Below, one piece after another: positions 27,072 to 36,436 of a stretch of DNA of 64,000 bases (position 1 is the stretch's first letter; every line of letters starts with the position of its first letter). This DNA is from an uncultured Actinomycetota bacterium (GTDB lineage Bacteria; Actinomycetota; Actinomycetes; Actinomycetales; Cellulomonadaceae): contig CAWAIO010000002.1 in NCBI GenBank assembly GCA_963782165.1, positions 148,298 to 212,297 of the forward strand, in the 5' to 3' direction. Under the pieces are notes generated by a model. That model was not told the DNA's origin. It did not search any database and saw nothing but the letters and a program-made list of their open reading frames with translations. The position numbers and the translations under genes were made by a program.

Positions 27072-27635
27072 TCAGTCGTTCACGCGCCCCAGGTAGGAGC
27101 CGTCGCGGGTGTCGACCTTGACCTTGGTGCCCTGCTCCAGGAACAGCGGGACCTGGATCTGTGCGCCGGTCTCGAGCGTCGCGGGCTTGGTGCCACCGGT
27201 GGAGCGGTCGCCCTGCAGGCCCGGCTCGGTGTAGGTGATCTCGAGGACGACCGACGGGGGCAGCTCGACGTAGAGCGGCACGCCCTCGTTGGTCGCGACG
27301 AGCGCGCTCTGGCTCTCGAGCATGTAGTCCGCGGCGTCGCCGACGGTCGCGGCAGGAACCGTGATCTGGTCGTACGTGGACGTGTCCATGAAGACGAAGT
27401 CCTCGCCGTCCTTGTACAGGTACTGCATGTCGCGCTTGTCGACGTTCGCGGTCTCGATCTTGAGGCCGGCGTTGAAGGTCTTGTCGACGGTCTTGCCGGA
27501 CAGGACGTTCTTCATCTTGGTGCGAACGAAGGCGCCACCCTTGCCGGGCTTGACGTGCTGGAACTCGATGATCGTCCACAGCTGGCCGTCGAGCTTGAGC
27601 ACGGTGCCGTTCTTGATGTCGTTGGTCGTCGCCAC
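27072..27635 (-). CDS. efp: elongation factor P
   Basis: [42 protein letters not shown]. Confidence 0.97.
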   Translation of the reverse strand: MATTNDIKNGTVLKLDGQLWTIIEFQHVKPGKGGAFVRTKMKNVLSGKTVDKTFNAGLKIETANVDKRDMQYLYKDGEDFVFMDTSTYDQITVPAATVGDAADYMLESQSALVATNEGVPLYVELPPSVVLEITYTEPGLQGDRSTGGTKPATLETGAQIQVPLFLEQGTKVKVDTRDGSYLGRVND

Positions 27636-27830
27636 GTTCGGTCTTCCTGTCGCGTTGTCATGGGCTGCCGTCGGGGTGTCTCGCGGTGGGAGCCACGTGC
27701 GATCCACTGATGCGCACACGTTCGGGTGCGCGCCCTGGCGGTAGCGGGCCTCTCCTGGCGGGCTCCCCGCGCCGTCAGCAGCGTTCGAGCGCTGCAGCGT
27801 TCCCGGGGGCCGCGAAAGGCCCGGTCCAGT

Positions 27831-28448
27831 CTACCGGAGGAGACCAAGGATCGCTGCGCCGAGGATTCCGGTCGCTCCGGCCCAGATCATCGAGGCCAGC
27901 GTGCCGATCATGAAGCGCTCGGCCGCGACGGGGTGGTCGCGCAGCTCGGGGTAGCGCCCCAGGCCCTTGATCGCCACCACGAACGCGACCCCTGCGGGGT
28001 AGCCGGCGAGCAGGCAGCCCGTGATCGCGAGGCGCTCGAGGATCCCGATCCAGGTGCCGCCCCGCAGGGTCTGCACGGCTTCCTCACCGAGGGGCCCGCC
28101 AGGATCCGACGGCGCCGCGCCGGTCGCGGGGTCGGGTGCGGCGGGCGGGGCGGCCGGGGCCGACAGGGACGACGCGGGTGGCCCGGCAGGCACGCCGCCG
28201 GTCGGCGGCGGCGGCGGGGGGACGGGAGCAGCGCTCGACGCCGTGGCCGCCCCTGCGGCCGGAGCGACGCGGCCGGGCGGCGGAGGGACGGGGCCAGGGT
28301 CATGGGCCGGAGGGGCCTCCCCCTCGATCTCCGAGCGCCGGGCTGCGGCCCGCAGGACCCACGGGGTCACGAGCATCCCGCCCAGCACGCTGAGCACGAG
28401 GGTCGCGACCACGACCCCCGCCACGGCCATCCCTGATGCGAAGCTCAC
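27831..28448 (-). CDS. membrane protein, SatE/DUF3307-like C-terminal module with a Pro/Ala-rich loop
   Basis: N-terminal TM helix, then LRGGTWIGILERL...VAIKGLGRYPEL...AERFMIGTLAS; GTGA overlap with the upstream gene. Confidence 0.75.
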   Translation of the reverse strand: MSFASGMAVAGVVVATLVLSVLGGMLVTPWVLRAAARRSEIEGEAPPAHDPGPVPPPPGRVAPAAGAATASSAAPVPPPPPPTGGVPAGPPASSLSAPAAPPAAPDPATGAAPSDPGGPLGEEAVQTLRGGTWIGILERLAITGCLLAGYPAGVAFVVAIKGLGRYPELRDHPVAAERFMIGTLASMIWAGATGILGAAILGLLR

Positions 28449-29059
28449 GCGTCTGCCTCCTGCAGGAGTCTGGTCACGACCGGCCGGACGGCCGCTTCCT
28501 CGAACCACAGGCTCGCGCGCAGGCGTTGGCTCACGGCCTGCTCGCTGATCCCGAGGTCCCGGGCCACATCCTTCTGGGTGCCACCCACACGCGCGAGCGC
28601 GTCGACAGCCTCCCACCCCGCAGGGGTTCGGCGCGCACCGACCGCGAGCAGGAGCCGCAGGAGCGCCTCGACCTCGCCGGCCGCGGCGGGATCCGGCCCT
28701 TCGACCGCCAACGGGACGGGGCTGCCGCGGGTCTTGGCCCGCTCGACCGCAGCGCGGGCGTGCACGAATGCCGATCCGGACGCCTCGCGGGAGGCCTGGG
28801 GCAGACGCCCGTCAGGGCCGGGCAGCACCTGACCGATGCCGAGGCCCGTGCTCCAGCCTCCCCACCTGCCCAGCGCGAGGACGATCTCCACGACGAGCGC
28901 GGCGTCGTCGAGCACTGCCTGCACCTCGTCGCCGACGGTCCGGTCGAAGGCGATGACGACCCCCGTGCGGTCCTCGTAGGGCGCGAGGCGCTCGAGCAGG
29001 TCCGGCACGAGGTCTCCCCGGCGGGTGCTGGCTCTCTGGTCCACGGTCAGGACGAACAT
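28445..29059 (-). CDS. SatD-like protein: class III nucleotide-cyclase-like domain plus C-terminal HTH
   Basis: MFVLTVDQRAS, RTVGDEVQ, GLGIGQV, SGSAFVHAR; HTH TQKDVARDLGISEQAVSQRL; TACCGT -10 lies 6 nt before the ATG. Confidence 0.78.
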   Translation of the reverse strand: MFVLTVDQRASTRRGDLVPDLLERLAPYEDRTGVVIAFDRTVGDEVQAVLDDAALVVEIVLALGRWGGWSTGLGIGQVLPGPDGRLPQASREASGSAFVHARAAVERAKTRGSPVPLAVEGPDPAAAGEVEALLRLLLAVGARRTPAGWEAVDALARVGGTQKDVARDLGISEQAVSQRLRASLWFEEAAVRPVVTRLLQEADA

Positions 29060-29075
29060 CCCTCCACGGTAGACC

Positions 29076-29136
29076 CTTGACCCATGATCCTCAAGGTCTG
29101 GATCTTGATTCACCCGTATCAAGCCTCCAGGCTTGA
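29076..29136. promoter_or_regulatory. periodic operator-like array CTTGA-N10-TCAAG-N8-CTTGA-N10-TCAAG-N8-CTTGA
   Basis: CTTGA at 29076, 29104 and 29132; TCAAG at 29091 and 29119; immediately upstream of the SatD-like gene -10. Confidence 0.75.
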
Positions 29137-29147
29137 TGCTGCGAGAT

Positions 29148-29594
29148 CTAGGCCGCGAGCCGCGCCACGATCGCCAGGACCGCGAGGCGGTACGAGTCGA
29201 ACCCGAACCCGGCCACGGTGCCCGTCGCCACCCCGCCGATCACCGAGTTGTGGCGGAACTCCTCGCGTGCCGCGGGGTTGCTCAGGTGCACCTCGACGAG
29301 CAGCAGACCCGCCTTGGTCACCTGCGCGGCCGCATCCCGCAGAGCGTACGAGTAGTGCGTGAACGCCGCAGGGTTGAGGACCACGTGCGCCCCGTCGTCG
29401 ACCGCGCCGTGCAACCAGCCGACCAGCTCCGACTCGTCGTCCGTCTGGCGGACCTGGACCTCGAGGTCGTTCTCCGCGCCCCACCGCTCCCCCGCCGCGA
29501 CGAGGTCGGCATAGGACGCCGCCCCGTAGACGTCGGGCTCGCGGACGCCCAGGCGACCGAGGTTGGGACCGTTGAGGATGAGGACGCGAGTCAT
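29148..29594 (-). CDS. aroQ: type II 3-dehydroquinate dehydratase
   Basis: LNGPNLGRLGVREPDVYG, NPAAFTHYS, EVHLSNPAAREEFRH. Confidence 0.96.
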   Translation of the reverse strand: MTRVLILNGPNLGRLGVREPDVYGAASYADLVAAGERWGAENDLEVQVRQTDDESELVGWLHGAVDDGAHVVLNPAAFTHYSYALRDAAAQVTKAGLLLVEVHLSNPAAREEFRHNSVIGGVATGTVAGFGFDSYRLAVLAIVARLAA

Positions 29595-29696
29595 GCGCCC
29601 GAGCCTAGCGGGGTGGGCCTCCTCCGCGGGGTGGGCGTCCAGCGGCCCGCTCACGCCGTTCACCCTCGCGCCCGCCGGACGGTCTACGATGCGCGC

Positions 29697-31163
29697 GTGC
29701 CAGATCACCAGAACGTGACCCCCGCCACACCCGGCCACGGGTCCGTCGACTCACCCGTACCGGGCGCCGCAACCTCTTCTCCCGCCGTCGGCAGACGCCA
29801 GGTCCTCGCCTGGTCCCTGTGGGACTGGGGCTCGGCCGCGTTCAACGCCGTCGTCACGACGTTCGTCTTCACGCGCTGGATCACGAGCGACGCGTTCGTC
29901 GAGGCGGGAGCTGCCGACCCCGACGCGGTCATGGCCGACCACACCGCCTGGCTCGGGTGGGGCCTGACGATCGCCGGCGCGCTCATCGCGCTGCTCGCCC
30001 CCGCGCTCGGGGCGCTCGCGGACGCCTCGGGGCGGCGCAAGGTGTGGCTCGGCGTCAACACCGCGGCGACCGTCGCGGCCATGGTCGCCATGTTCTTCGT
30101 GCAGCCCGTCCCCGGTTCGCTGTCCGACGCCGTGATCCTGGGCGTCGTGCTCCTCTCGGCGGGCAACGTGTTCTTCGAGCTGGCCTCGGTCGCGTACAAC
30201 GCCCTGCTGCTCGACATCTCCACGCCGCGCACGATCGGGCGCATCAGCGGCATCGGCTGGGGCGCCGGGTACGTGGGCGGGATCGTGCTGCTGCTCGTGC
30301 TGTTCGTGGGCTTCATCAACCCGGAGGTGGGCTGGTTCGGGATCACGGGCGAGGGTGGCATGGACATCCGGGTGAGCGTCCTGCTCTCTGCCGTGTGGTT
30401 CGCGGTGTTCGCGATCCCCGTGCTCCTGGCCGTCCCCGAGACGCCGCGCCCGGGCGGTGCCGCGCCCATCGGCGTGGTGGGCGCGTACCGCAAGCTCGGG
30501 CGCGACCTGGTCCACCTGTGGCGCACGCGTCGATCGACGCTCGGCTACCTCGTCGCGAGCGCGGTCTACCGTGACGGCCTGGCGGGCGTCTTCACGTTCG
30601 GGGCGGTGATCGCCTCCGGCACGTTCGGCTTCAGCGCGAGCGAGGTCATCGTGTTCGCGATCGCCGCGAACGTCGTCGCGGGGCTCTCGACGATCGCGGC
30701 CGGCTGGCTCGACGACCGCATCGGCCCGCGCCGCGTGATCCTGGGCTCGCTCGTGGGCCTCGTGATCTCCGGCACGGCCGTCTTCGTCCAGCACGACGGC
30801 GGCGCGAACGTCTTCTGGGTCTGGGGGCTGCTGCTGTGCGCGTTCGTCGGCCCGGCCCAGTCCGCGAGCCGCGCCCTGCTGGGCCGCATCAGCGACGAGG
30901 GGCGCGAGGCCGAGGCGTTCGGCCTGTACGCGACCACGGGTCGTGCGGCGAGCTTCCTCGCGCCGATGGCGTTCGCGACCATGGTCGCCGTGTCGGGCGA
31001 GCAGTTCTGGGGCATCCTGGGGATCGTGGCCGTGATCCTCGTCGGGCTGGTGCTCATGCTGTTCGTGCGCTTCCCGGTCGGCGACGGGGTCAACGGCGGC
31101 AAGGACCTCGTGACGGCGCCCGCGAGCGCCACGAGGACGGCACGCACGGAGGACCGAGGATGA
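29697..31163 (+). CDS. MFS transporter, UMF1/ATG22-like
   Basis: WSLWDWGSAAF, about 12 TM segments, GWGAGYVGG, YRDG, GPAQSASR, FGLYATTGR; TACGAT -10 lies 6 nt before GTG 29697. Confidence 0.88.
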   Translation: MPDHQNVTPATPGHGSVDSPVPGAATSSPAVGRRQVLAWSLWDWGSAAFNAVVTTFVFTRWITSDAFVEAGAADPDAVMADHTAWLGWGLTIAGALIALLAPALGALADASGRRKVWLGVNTAATVAAMVAMFFVQPVPGSLSDAVILGVVLLSAGNVFFELASVAYNALLLDISTPRTIGRISGIGWGAGYVGGIVLLLVLFVGFINPEVGWFGITGEGGMDIRVSVLLSAVWFAVFAIPVLLAVPETPRPGGAAPIGVVGAYRKLGRDLVHLWRTRRSTLGYLVASAVYRDGLAGVFTFGAVIASGTFGFSASEVIVFAIAANVVAGLSTIAAGWLDDRIGPRRVILGSLVGLVISGTAVFVQHDGGANVFWVWGLLLCAFVGPAQSASRALLGRISDEGREAEAFGLYATTGRAASFLAPMAFATMVAVSGEQFWGILGIVAVILVGLVLMLFVRFPVGDGVNGGKDLVTAPASATRTARTEDRG

Positions 31164-31176
31164 CGAGGGACCAGCC

Positions 31177-32391
31177 ATGACGGAGCCTCTCCGCAGGACG
31201 GGCGCCCAGGGCCGCCGCGAGGCCGCCGCACCGGGCACGCACCCGGGCGCAGGGCTGTCCTGGGAGCCGGACCGGCTGCTGGCCGGTTTCGAGGCCGCGA
31301 CGCTCGCCACGGGCGGCCCCCCGCCTGGTGCGCGCGCGGGCCTGCTGTCGCTCGTGCCTGCTCTGCCGGGCCGGGGCGCGAGCGGCCGGGAGTCCGCTGG
31401 GGGGCTCATCGGGCCTGACGCCGATGCCGGGCCGGCGGTGGTCCCCGAACCCGGCCCGCCGCCCGTGGCCACGCTCGTGCGCCGCACGTGCGAGGAACCG
31501 GAGGCCGGTGGCCCGCGGGGTGCGTTCCTGCACGTGCACGGCTACAACGACTACTTCTTCCAGGAGCACCTGGCACGGGCCGTCGAGGACGCGGGCTACG
31601 CGTTCTTCGCCGTGGACCTGCGGGCTGCGGGCCGTTCGCTGCGCCCCGGGCAGGTCCCGCACTTCGTCGAGGACCTGCGTGAGCCCGCCACGGACCTGTC
31701 GGTCGCGGTCGCGGCCGTCCGCGGGCTGCACCCGGGTCTTCCCGTGGCGGTCCACGCGCACTCGACGGGGGGCCTGGTGGCACCGTTGTGGGCGCACGCG
31801 CACCGTCGCCGGCACCTGGTGGACGCGCTCGTGCTGGACTCGCCGTTCCTCGACCTCAACTCGAGCTGGCTGAACCGGACGATCGCGACCAGGGTGCTCG
31901 ACGCCGTCGGGCCGTGGTCTCCCCTGGCGGTGCTCAGCGCCGCTCCCTCCGCGTACGCGACCCACCTGCTCGCGGCCAACGGGGGGCGCTGGGAGTTCGA
32001 CCCGGAGCTCAAGCGTCCCGACGGGGTCCCGGTCCGGGCCGGCTGGTTGCGGGCCGTGCGCCAGGGGCAGGCACGCCTCGCGCGCGGGCTCGACGTCGCG
32101 TGCCCGGTGCTGGTGGCCCACTCGGCCGCCTCGGGCCCGGACGATCTGGCGAACCCTCTGCTCGACGAGCAGGACACGGTCCTGGACGTCGAGCAGATCG
32201 CGCGCCTCGCCCCGCGCGTGGGTGCCGACGTGACGATCCGCTCGGTCGAGGGTGGGGTGCACGACCTGACGCTCTCCGCGGACGGTCCGCGCGAGGAGTA
32301 CCTGTCGGCGATGCTGACCTGGCTCGAGGACCAGTGGCGTCACCTGGGCCGCCCGGGGCACCACGGACGCGTCTCGGGTCCTGCCCGATGA
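31177..32391 (+). CDS. alpha/beta hydrolase (lysophospholipase-like)
   Basis: HGYNDYFFQ, VDLR, AHSTGG nucleophile elbow, DTVLD, GVHDL. Confidence 0.85.
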   Translation: MTEPLRRTGAQGRREAAAPGTHPGAGLSWEPDRLLAGFEAATLATGGPPPGARAGLLSLVPALPGRGASGRESAGGLIGPDADAGPAVVPEPGPPPVATLVRRTCEEPEAGGPRGAFLHVHGYNDYFFQEHLARAVEDAGYAFFAVDLRAAGRSLRPGQVPHFVEDLREPATDLSVAVAAVRGLHPGLPVAVHAHSTGGLVAPLWAHAHRRRHLVDALVLDSPFLDLNSSWLNRTIATRVLDAVGPWSPLAVLSAAPSAYATHLLAANGGRWEFDPELKRPDGVPVRAGWLRAVRQGQARLARGLDVACPVLVAHSAASGPDDLANPLLDEQDTVLDVEQIARLAPRVGADVTIRSVEGGVHDLTLSADGPREEYLSAMLTWLEDQWRHLGRPGHHGRVSGPAR

Positions 32392-33212
32392 GCCGCGCGG
32401 ACCGGCGCGGCGGTCGCCCCGGCGCATGGCGTCACCCCTACCTGGACTCACTCACGGGGTTCGTCGCGCTCGCGCACCGCGGGTTCTCGCTCGACGGGCT
32501 CGAGAACTCGCTCGCGGCGTTCGCCGCCGCTCGCGAGCTGGGGTTCGGGTACGTCGAGACGGACGCGCACGCGACGTCCGACGGCGTCGCGGTGGCCCTG
32601 CACGACGCGAGCCTGGACCGCACGACCGACGGCACGGGGCTGGTCGCGGACCTGCCCTGGGAGCGGGTGCGCGGCGCACGGATCGGGGGTGTCGAGCCGG
32701 TCCCGCTGCTGGAGGACGTGCTGGGGACCTGGCCGGACCTGCGGGTCAACGTCGACGTCAAGGCGGACTCCGCCGTCGGACCGGTCGCGGCGGCGATCGA
32801 GCGCACCCGAGCGCACGATCGCGTGTGCGTCGCCTCGTTCTCCCCGGCGCGCAGGCGACGGACGGTCGAGCGCCTGACCCGGCCCGTGGCGACGTCGACG
32901 GGCACGAGCGAGGTCGCGACGTTCCTGCTCGCGGCCCGGGCCGGGGCCCCGCGGGCACCGTTCGGGTCGCTCGCGTCCTGGGCGCTGCGGGGGGCCGACT
33001 GCCTGCAGGTACCCGAGCGCCAGGGACCGCTCACGGTCGTGGACGCCCGGACGGTCGCGGCCGCGCACGCCGCGGGCCGCCAGGTGCACGTGTGGACGAT
33101 CAACGACCCTCTCGAGATGGGACGGCTGGTCGACCTGGGGGTCGACGGGATCGTGACGGACCGCGCAGACCTGCTGCGCGAGGTCCTCCTCGCGCGGGGG
33201 CGCTGGGCCTGA
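32388..33212 (+). CDS. glycerophosphodiester phosphodiesterase
   Basis: AHRG, ENSLAAF, ETDAH, HD..LDRTT, HVWTIND, VDGIVTD. Confidence 0.92.
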   Translation: MSRADRRGGRPGAWRHPYLDSLTGFVALAHRGFSLDGLENSLAAFAAARELGFGYVETDAHATSDGVAVALHDASLDRTTDGTGLVADLPWERVRGARIGGVEPVPLLEDVLGTWPDLRVNVDVKADSAVGPVAAAIERTRAHDRVCVASFSPARRRRTVERLTRPVATSTGTSEVATFLLAARAGAPRAPFGSLASWALRGADCLQVPERQGPLTVVDARTVAAAHAAGRQVHVWTINDPLEMGRLVDLGVDGIVTDRADLLREVLLARGRWA

Positions 33213-33247
33213 GGCCCGCCCTGAGCGAGCCGCGTCCGGGACGCACG

Positions 33248-33279
33248 ACGGCCCGTCCCCACCGGTGGGGACGGGCCGT
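33248..33279. terminator. perfect palindrome between convergent GDPD and aroB, probable bidirectional terminator
   Basis: acggcccgtccccacc/ggtggggacgggccgt. Confidence 0.7.
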
Positions 33280-33321
33280 TCGCCGACGCGGTGCACCCTC
33301 ACGGGGCCCGACGGCGTCGCG

Positions 33322-34509
33322 TCAGAGGGCGATCGGCCCGCCGCGGGGAGCGTCGATCGCGATCTCGGCGTACGCGGCCGCGAGGAGCGCCGGGTCCGGC
33401 CCCTCCAGGCGCGAGGGCTTGCCGATCCCGTCGAGGACCACGAAGCGCAGCAGGTCGCCGCGGGACTTCTTGTCGCGGCGCATGGCTGACAGGAGCTGCT
33501 CCCAGCGGTCCCCGCGGTACGTCAGGGGCAGCCCGAGGCTGCCGAGGATCGCGCGGTGCCTGTCCACGGTCGCGTCGTCGAGGCGTCCCGCGAGGCGCGA
33601 GAGCTCGGCCGCGAAGACCATACCGACCGACACGGCCGCGCCGTGGCGCCACGCGTAGCGCTCTGTGAGCTCGACCGCGTGGCCCAGGGTGTGACCGTAG
33701 TTGAGGATCTCGCGCAGGCCCGCCTCCTTGAGGTCCTCCCCCACGACGCGCGCCTTGACCGCCACCGAGCGTTCGATGAGCTCGACGACGACCGCCCACG
33801 TCGACGCGGGCACGGTGGCCCCGCCCCAGTTCTTGAGCTCGTCGATGTTCTCCTCGACGAGCTCGAGGATCCGTGGGTCGGCGATGAAGCCGGTCTTGAC
33901 GATCTCCGCGAGCCCGGCGACGAAGTCGAACCTGGGCAGCGACTCGAGCGAGGCGACGTCGCACAGCACGCCCGCGGGCGGGTGGAAAGCACCCACGAGG
34001 TTCTTGCCCTCGGCCGTGTTGATGCCCGTCTTGCCGCCCACGGCCGCATCCACCATGGCCAGCAGCGTCGTGGGCACGTGCACGACCTTGATCCCGCGCA
34101 GCCACGTCGCCGCGACGAAGCCCGCGAGGTCCGTCGTGGCTCCCCCGCCGACCGAGACGATCGCGTCGCTGCGCGTGAAGTCCGCCTGCCCCAGGACCTG
34201 CCACAGGAACGCGGCGACCTGCGCGGTCTTGGCCTCCTCGGCGTCGGGGACCTCGGCGATGTACGCCTCGTAGCCCACCGCGAGAAGGTCCTCGCGGACC
34301 GTGTCCGCCGAGGTGGCGAGCGCGGCCGGGTGGATCACGAGCACCCGGCGGACGTCCGGCCCGAGCATCGAGGGCAGCTCGCCCAGGAGGTGCCTGCCGA
34401 TGAGGACGTCGTAGGGCTGGTCGCCCTCCACCCGGACGCGGGCGGGCGTTGCCGGCCGTCCCTGCGCGTCCTGCGGTGCTGCGCTGACGGTCTCCTGCTG
34501 GTCGGTCAC
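33322..34509 (-). CDS. aroB: 3-dehydroquinate synthase
   Basis: [50 protein letters not shown]. Confidence 0.96.
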   Translation of the reverse strand: MTDQQETVSAAPQDAQGRPATPARVRVEGDQPYDVLIGRHLLGELPSMLGPDVRRVLVIHPAALATSADTVREDLLAVGYEAYIAEVPDAEEAKTAQVAAFLWQVLGQADFTRSDAIVSVGGGATTDLAGFVAATWLRGIKVVHVPTTLLAMVDAAVGGKTGINTAEGKNLVGAFHPPAGVLCDVASLESLPRFDFVAGLAEIVKTGFIADPRILELVEENIDELKNWGGATVPASTWAVVVELIERSVAVKARVVGEDLKEAGLREILNYGHTLGHAVELTERYAWRHGAAVSVGMVFAAELSRLAGRLDDATVDRHRAILGSLGLPLTYRGDRWEQLLSAMRRDKKSRGDLLRFVVLDGIGKPSRLEGPDPALLAAAYAEIAIDAPRGGPIAL

Positions 34510-35078
34510 TGCTCGCTCCTCGTGGTGTCGGCGCGTGCCGCGGAGGGCACCTGGCCGAGTGCTGTCTCGATCTCGTGGGCCACCTGGCCCGGGGTGCGGG
34601 CATCCGTCAGGACCCGCAGCGTGGCGAGCCGCTCGTAGACAGGACGCCGCCCGTCCATGAGCGCCTGCCACTTGGCGCGCGGGTTGCCGAGCAGCAGCGG
34701 ACGCGCCTGGTTGAACCCGACGCGGGGCCCCGCGTGGGCCAGGGAGACGTCGAGGAAGACCACGACCCCTCCGGCGGCCGCGTAGGCCTCGAGCGCCGCC
34801 TGGGTGTACTCGTCGAGGACTGCGCCGCCGCCGAGGGCGAGCACGCCGTCGTGGACCGCGAGGGCCTGGGTCACGGCCTCGCGCTCGAGCGCTCGGAAGC
34901 GCGGTTCGCCGTCCTCGAGGAAGACGTCCGCGACGGACTTGCCCGCGACGACCTCCACGTCGGTGTCGGTGTCGCGCGCGGCCAGCCCGAGGCGTTCGGA
35001 CAGCACCCCCGCGACCGTGGACTTGCCGCAGCCGGGAGGGCCGATCAGGACGACCCGGGGGCCGGTGCTCGACGTCAT
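34506..35078 (-). CDS. aroK: shikimate kinase
   Basis: [29 protein letters not shown]. Confidence 0.94.
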   Translation of the reverse strand: MTSSTGPRVVLIGPPGCGKSTVAGVLSERLGLAARDTDTDVEVVAGKSVADVFLEDGEPRFRALEREAVTQALAVHDGVLALGGGAVLDEYTQAALEAYAAAGGVVVFLDVSLAHAGPRVGFNQARPLLLGNPRAKWQALMDGRRPVYERLATLRVLTDARTPGQVAHEIETALGQVPSAARADTTRSEQ

Positions 35079-35079
35079 C

Positions 35080-36297
35080 TCAGCGCAACAGCTCGGGCAC
35101 GGAGGACAGGTAGCCCTCGACGTTGCGGCGGACCTCGACGACCGAGTCGCCGCCGAACTTCTCCAGCACGGCCTCCGCGAGGACGAGCGCGACCATGGCC
35201 TCGGCCACGACCGCCGCGGGCGGCACCGCGCACACGTCCGAGCGCTGGTGCTGGGCCTTGGCGGGCTCTCCCGTCGCGACGTCGACCGTCGCCAGGGCCC
35301 GGGGGACTGTCGAGATGGGCTTCATGGCCGCGCGCACGCGCAGGACCTCGCCGTTGGACATGCCCCCCTCGACGCCCCCCGCGCGGTTGCTCAGGCGGTG
35401 CAGGTGGCCGTCCTCGCCGCGCACGATCTCGTCGTGGGCCTGCGACCCGCGCCGGCGCGCGGTGCGGAAGCCGTCGCCGACCTCGACGCCCTTGATGGCC
35501 TGGATGCCCATGAGCACGGCCGCGAGGCGTGCGTCGAGCCGCCGGTCCGACTGCACGTAGGTGCCGAGCCCCGACGGGACGCCGTAGGCCAGGACCTCGA
35601 CCACACCACCCAGGGTGTCGCCCGCCTTCTGGCACTCGTCGATCTCCGCGACCATCGCGGCCGAGCTCGCGGGGTCGAAGCAGCGCACCGGGTCCGCGTC
35701 GAGGCGCTCGACGTCCTGGGGCTGCGGGAGGGGTGCGTCCTCGGGGACGTCGACCGTGCCGATGCCCACGACGTGCGAGACCAGGCGGATCCCCACGGCC
35801 TGCTCGAGGAACTTGGCCGCGGCCGTGCCGAGCGCGACACGGGTCGCGGTCTCGCGCGCCGAGGCACGCTCCAGGACGGGGCGCGCGTCGTCGAACGCGT
35901 ACTTGCGCATGCCGATCAGGTCCGCGTGCCCGGGGCGCGGGCGCGTGAGCGGGCGGTTGCGTGCGATCTCGCGGACGTCCCCGGTGCCGGCGTCGATCAG
36001 CAGCGCCTCGGCGGGCACGGGGTCCGCGCTCATGACGTCGACCCACTTGGGCCACTCGGTGTTGGCGATCTCGATCGCGAGCGGGCCGCCCTGCGTGAGG
36101 CCGAGACGCAGACCCGCGAGGATGCGGACCTCGTCCTGCTCGAACTTCATGCGCGCACCGCGCCCGTAGCCCAGACGGCGGCGCGCGAGCGCGTCCTGCA
36201 CGTCCTTCGTCACGAGCTCGACCCCTGCGGGCAGCCCTTCCAGGATGCCGACCAGCGCCGGACCGTGCGACTCACCCGATGTCAACCAACGAAGCAT
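35080..36297 (-). CDS. aroC: chorismate synthase
   Basis: [46 protein letters not shown]. Confidence 0.97.
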   Translation of the reverse strand: MLRWLTSGESHGPALVGILEGLPAGVELVTKDVQDALARRRLGYGRGARMKFEQDEVRILAGLRLGLTQGGPLAIEIANTEWPKWVDVMSADPVPAEALLIDAGTGDVREIARNRPLTRPRPGHADLIGMRKYAFDDARPVLERASARETATRVALGTAAAKFLEQAVGIRLVSHVVGIGTVDVPEDAPLPQPQDVERLDADPVRCFDPASSAAMVAEIDECQKAGDTLGGVVEVLAYGVPSGLGTYVQSDRRLDARLAAVLMGIQAIKGVEVGDGFRTARRRGSQAHDEIVRGEDGHLHRLSNRAGGVEGGMSNGEVLRVRAAMKPISTVPRALATVDVATGEPAKAQHQRSDVCAVPPAAVVAEAMVALVLAEAVLEKFGGDSVVEVRRNVEGYLSSVPELLR

Positions 36298-36345
36298 GAG
36301 CAGAATCCTCCCACGCCGCACGCGCCCGCCCCGAACCCGCCCGCA

Positions 36346-36375
36346 GTGCGGACCGGTGGGCCGACCGGTCCGCAC
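36346..36375. repeat. 12-bp-arm inverted repeat in the aroC/peptidase divergent region
   Basis: gtgcggaccggt-gggccg-accggtccgcac. Confidence 0.7.
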
Positions 36376-36436
36376 CGCGGGCGCGGCCTGTGGACGACGC
36401 CCGCGGGGCTCCTCGGCGCTGCGCTAGGTTCGCCGG

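Noticed and set aside
29076-29136. Mini-CRISPR interpretation of the periodic array
   Set aside because: Repeats are only 5 bp with 8-10 bp spacers, and no cas genes are present
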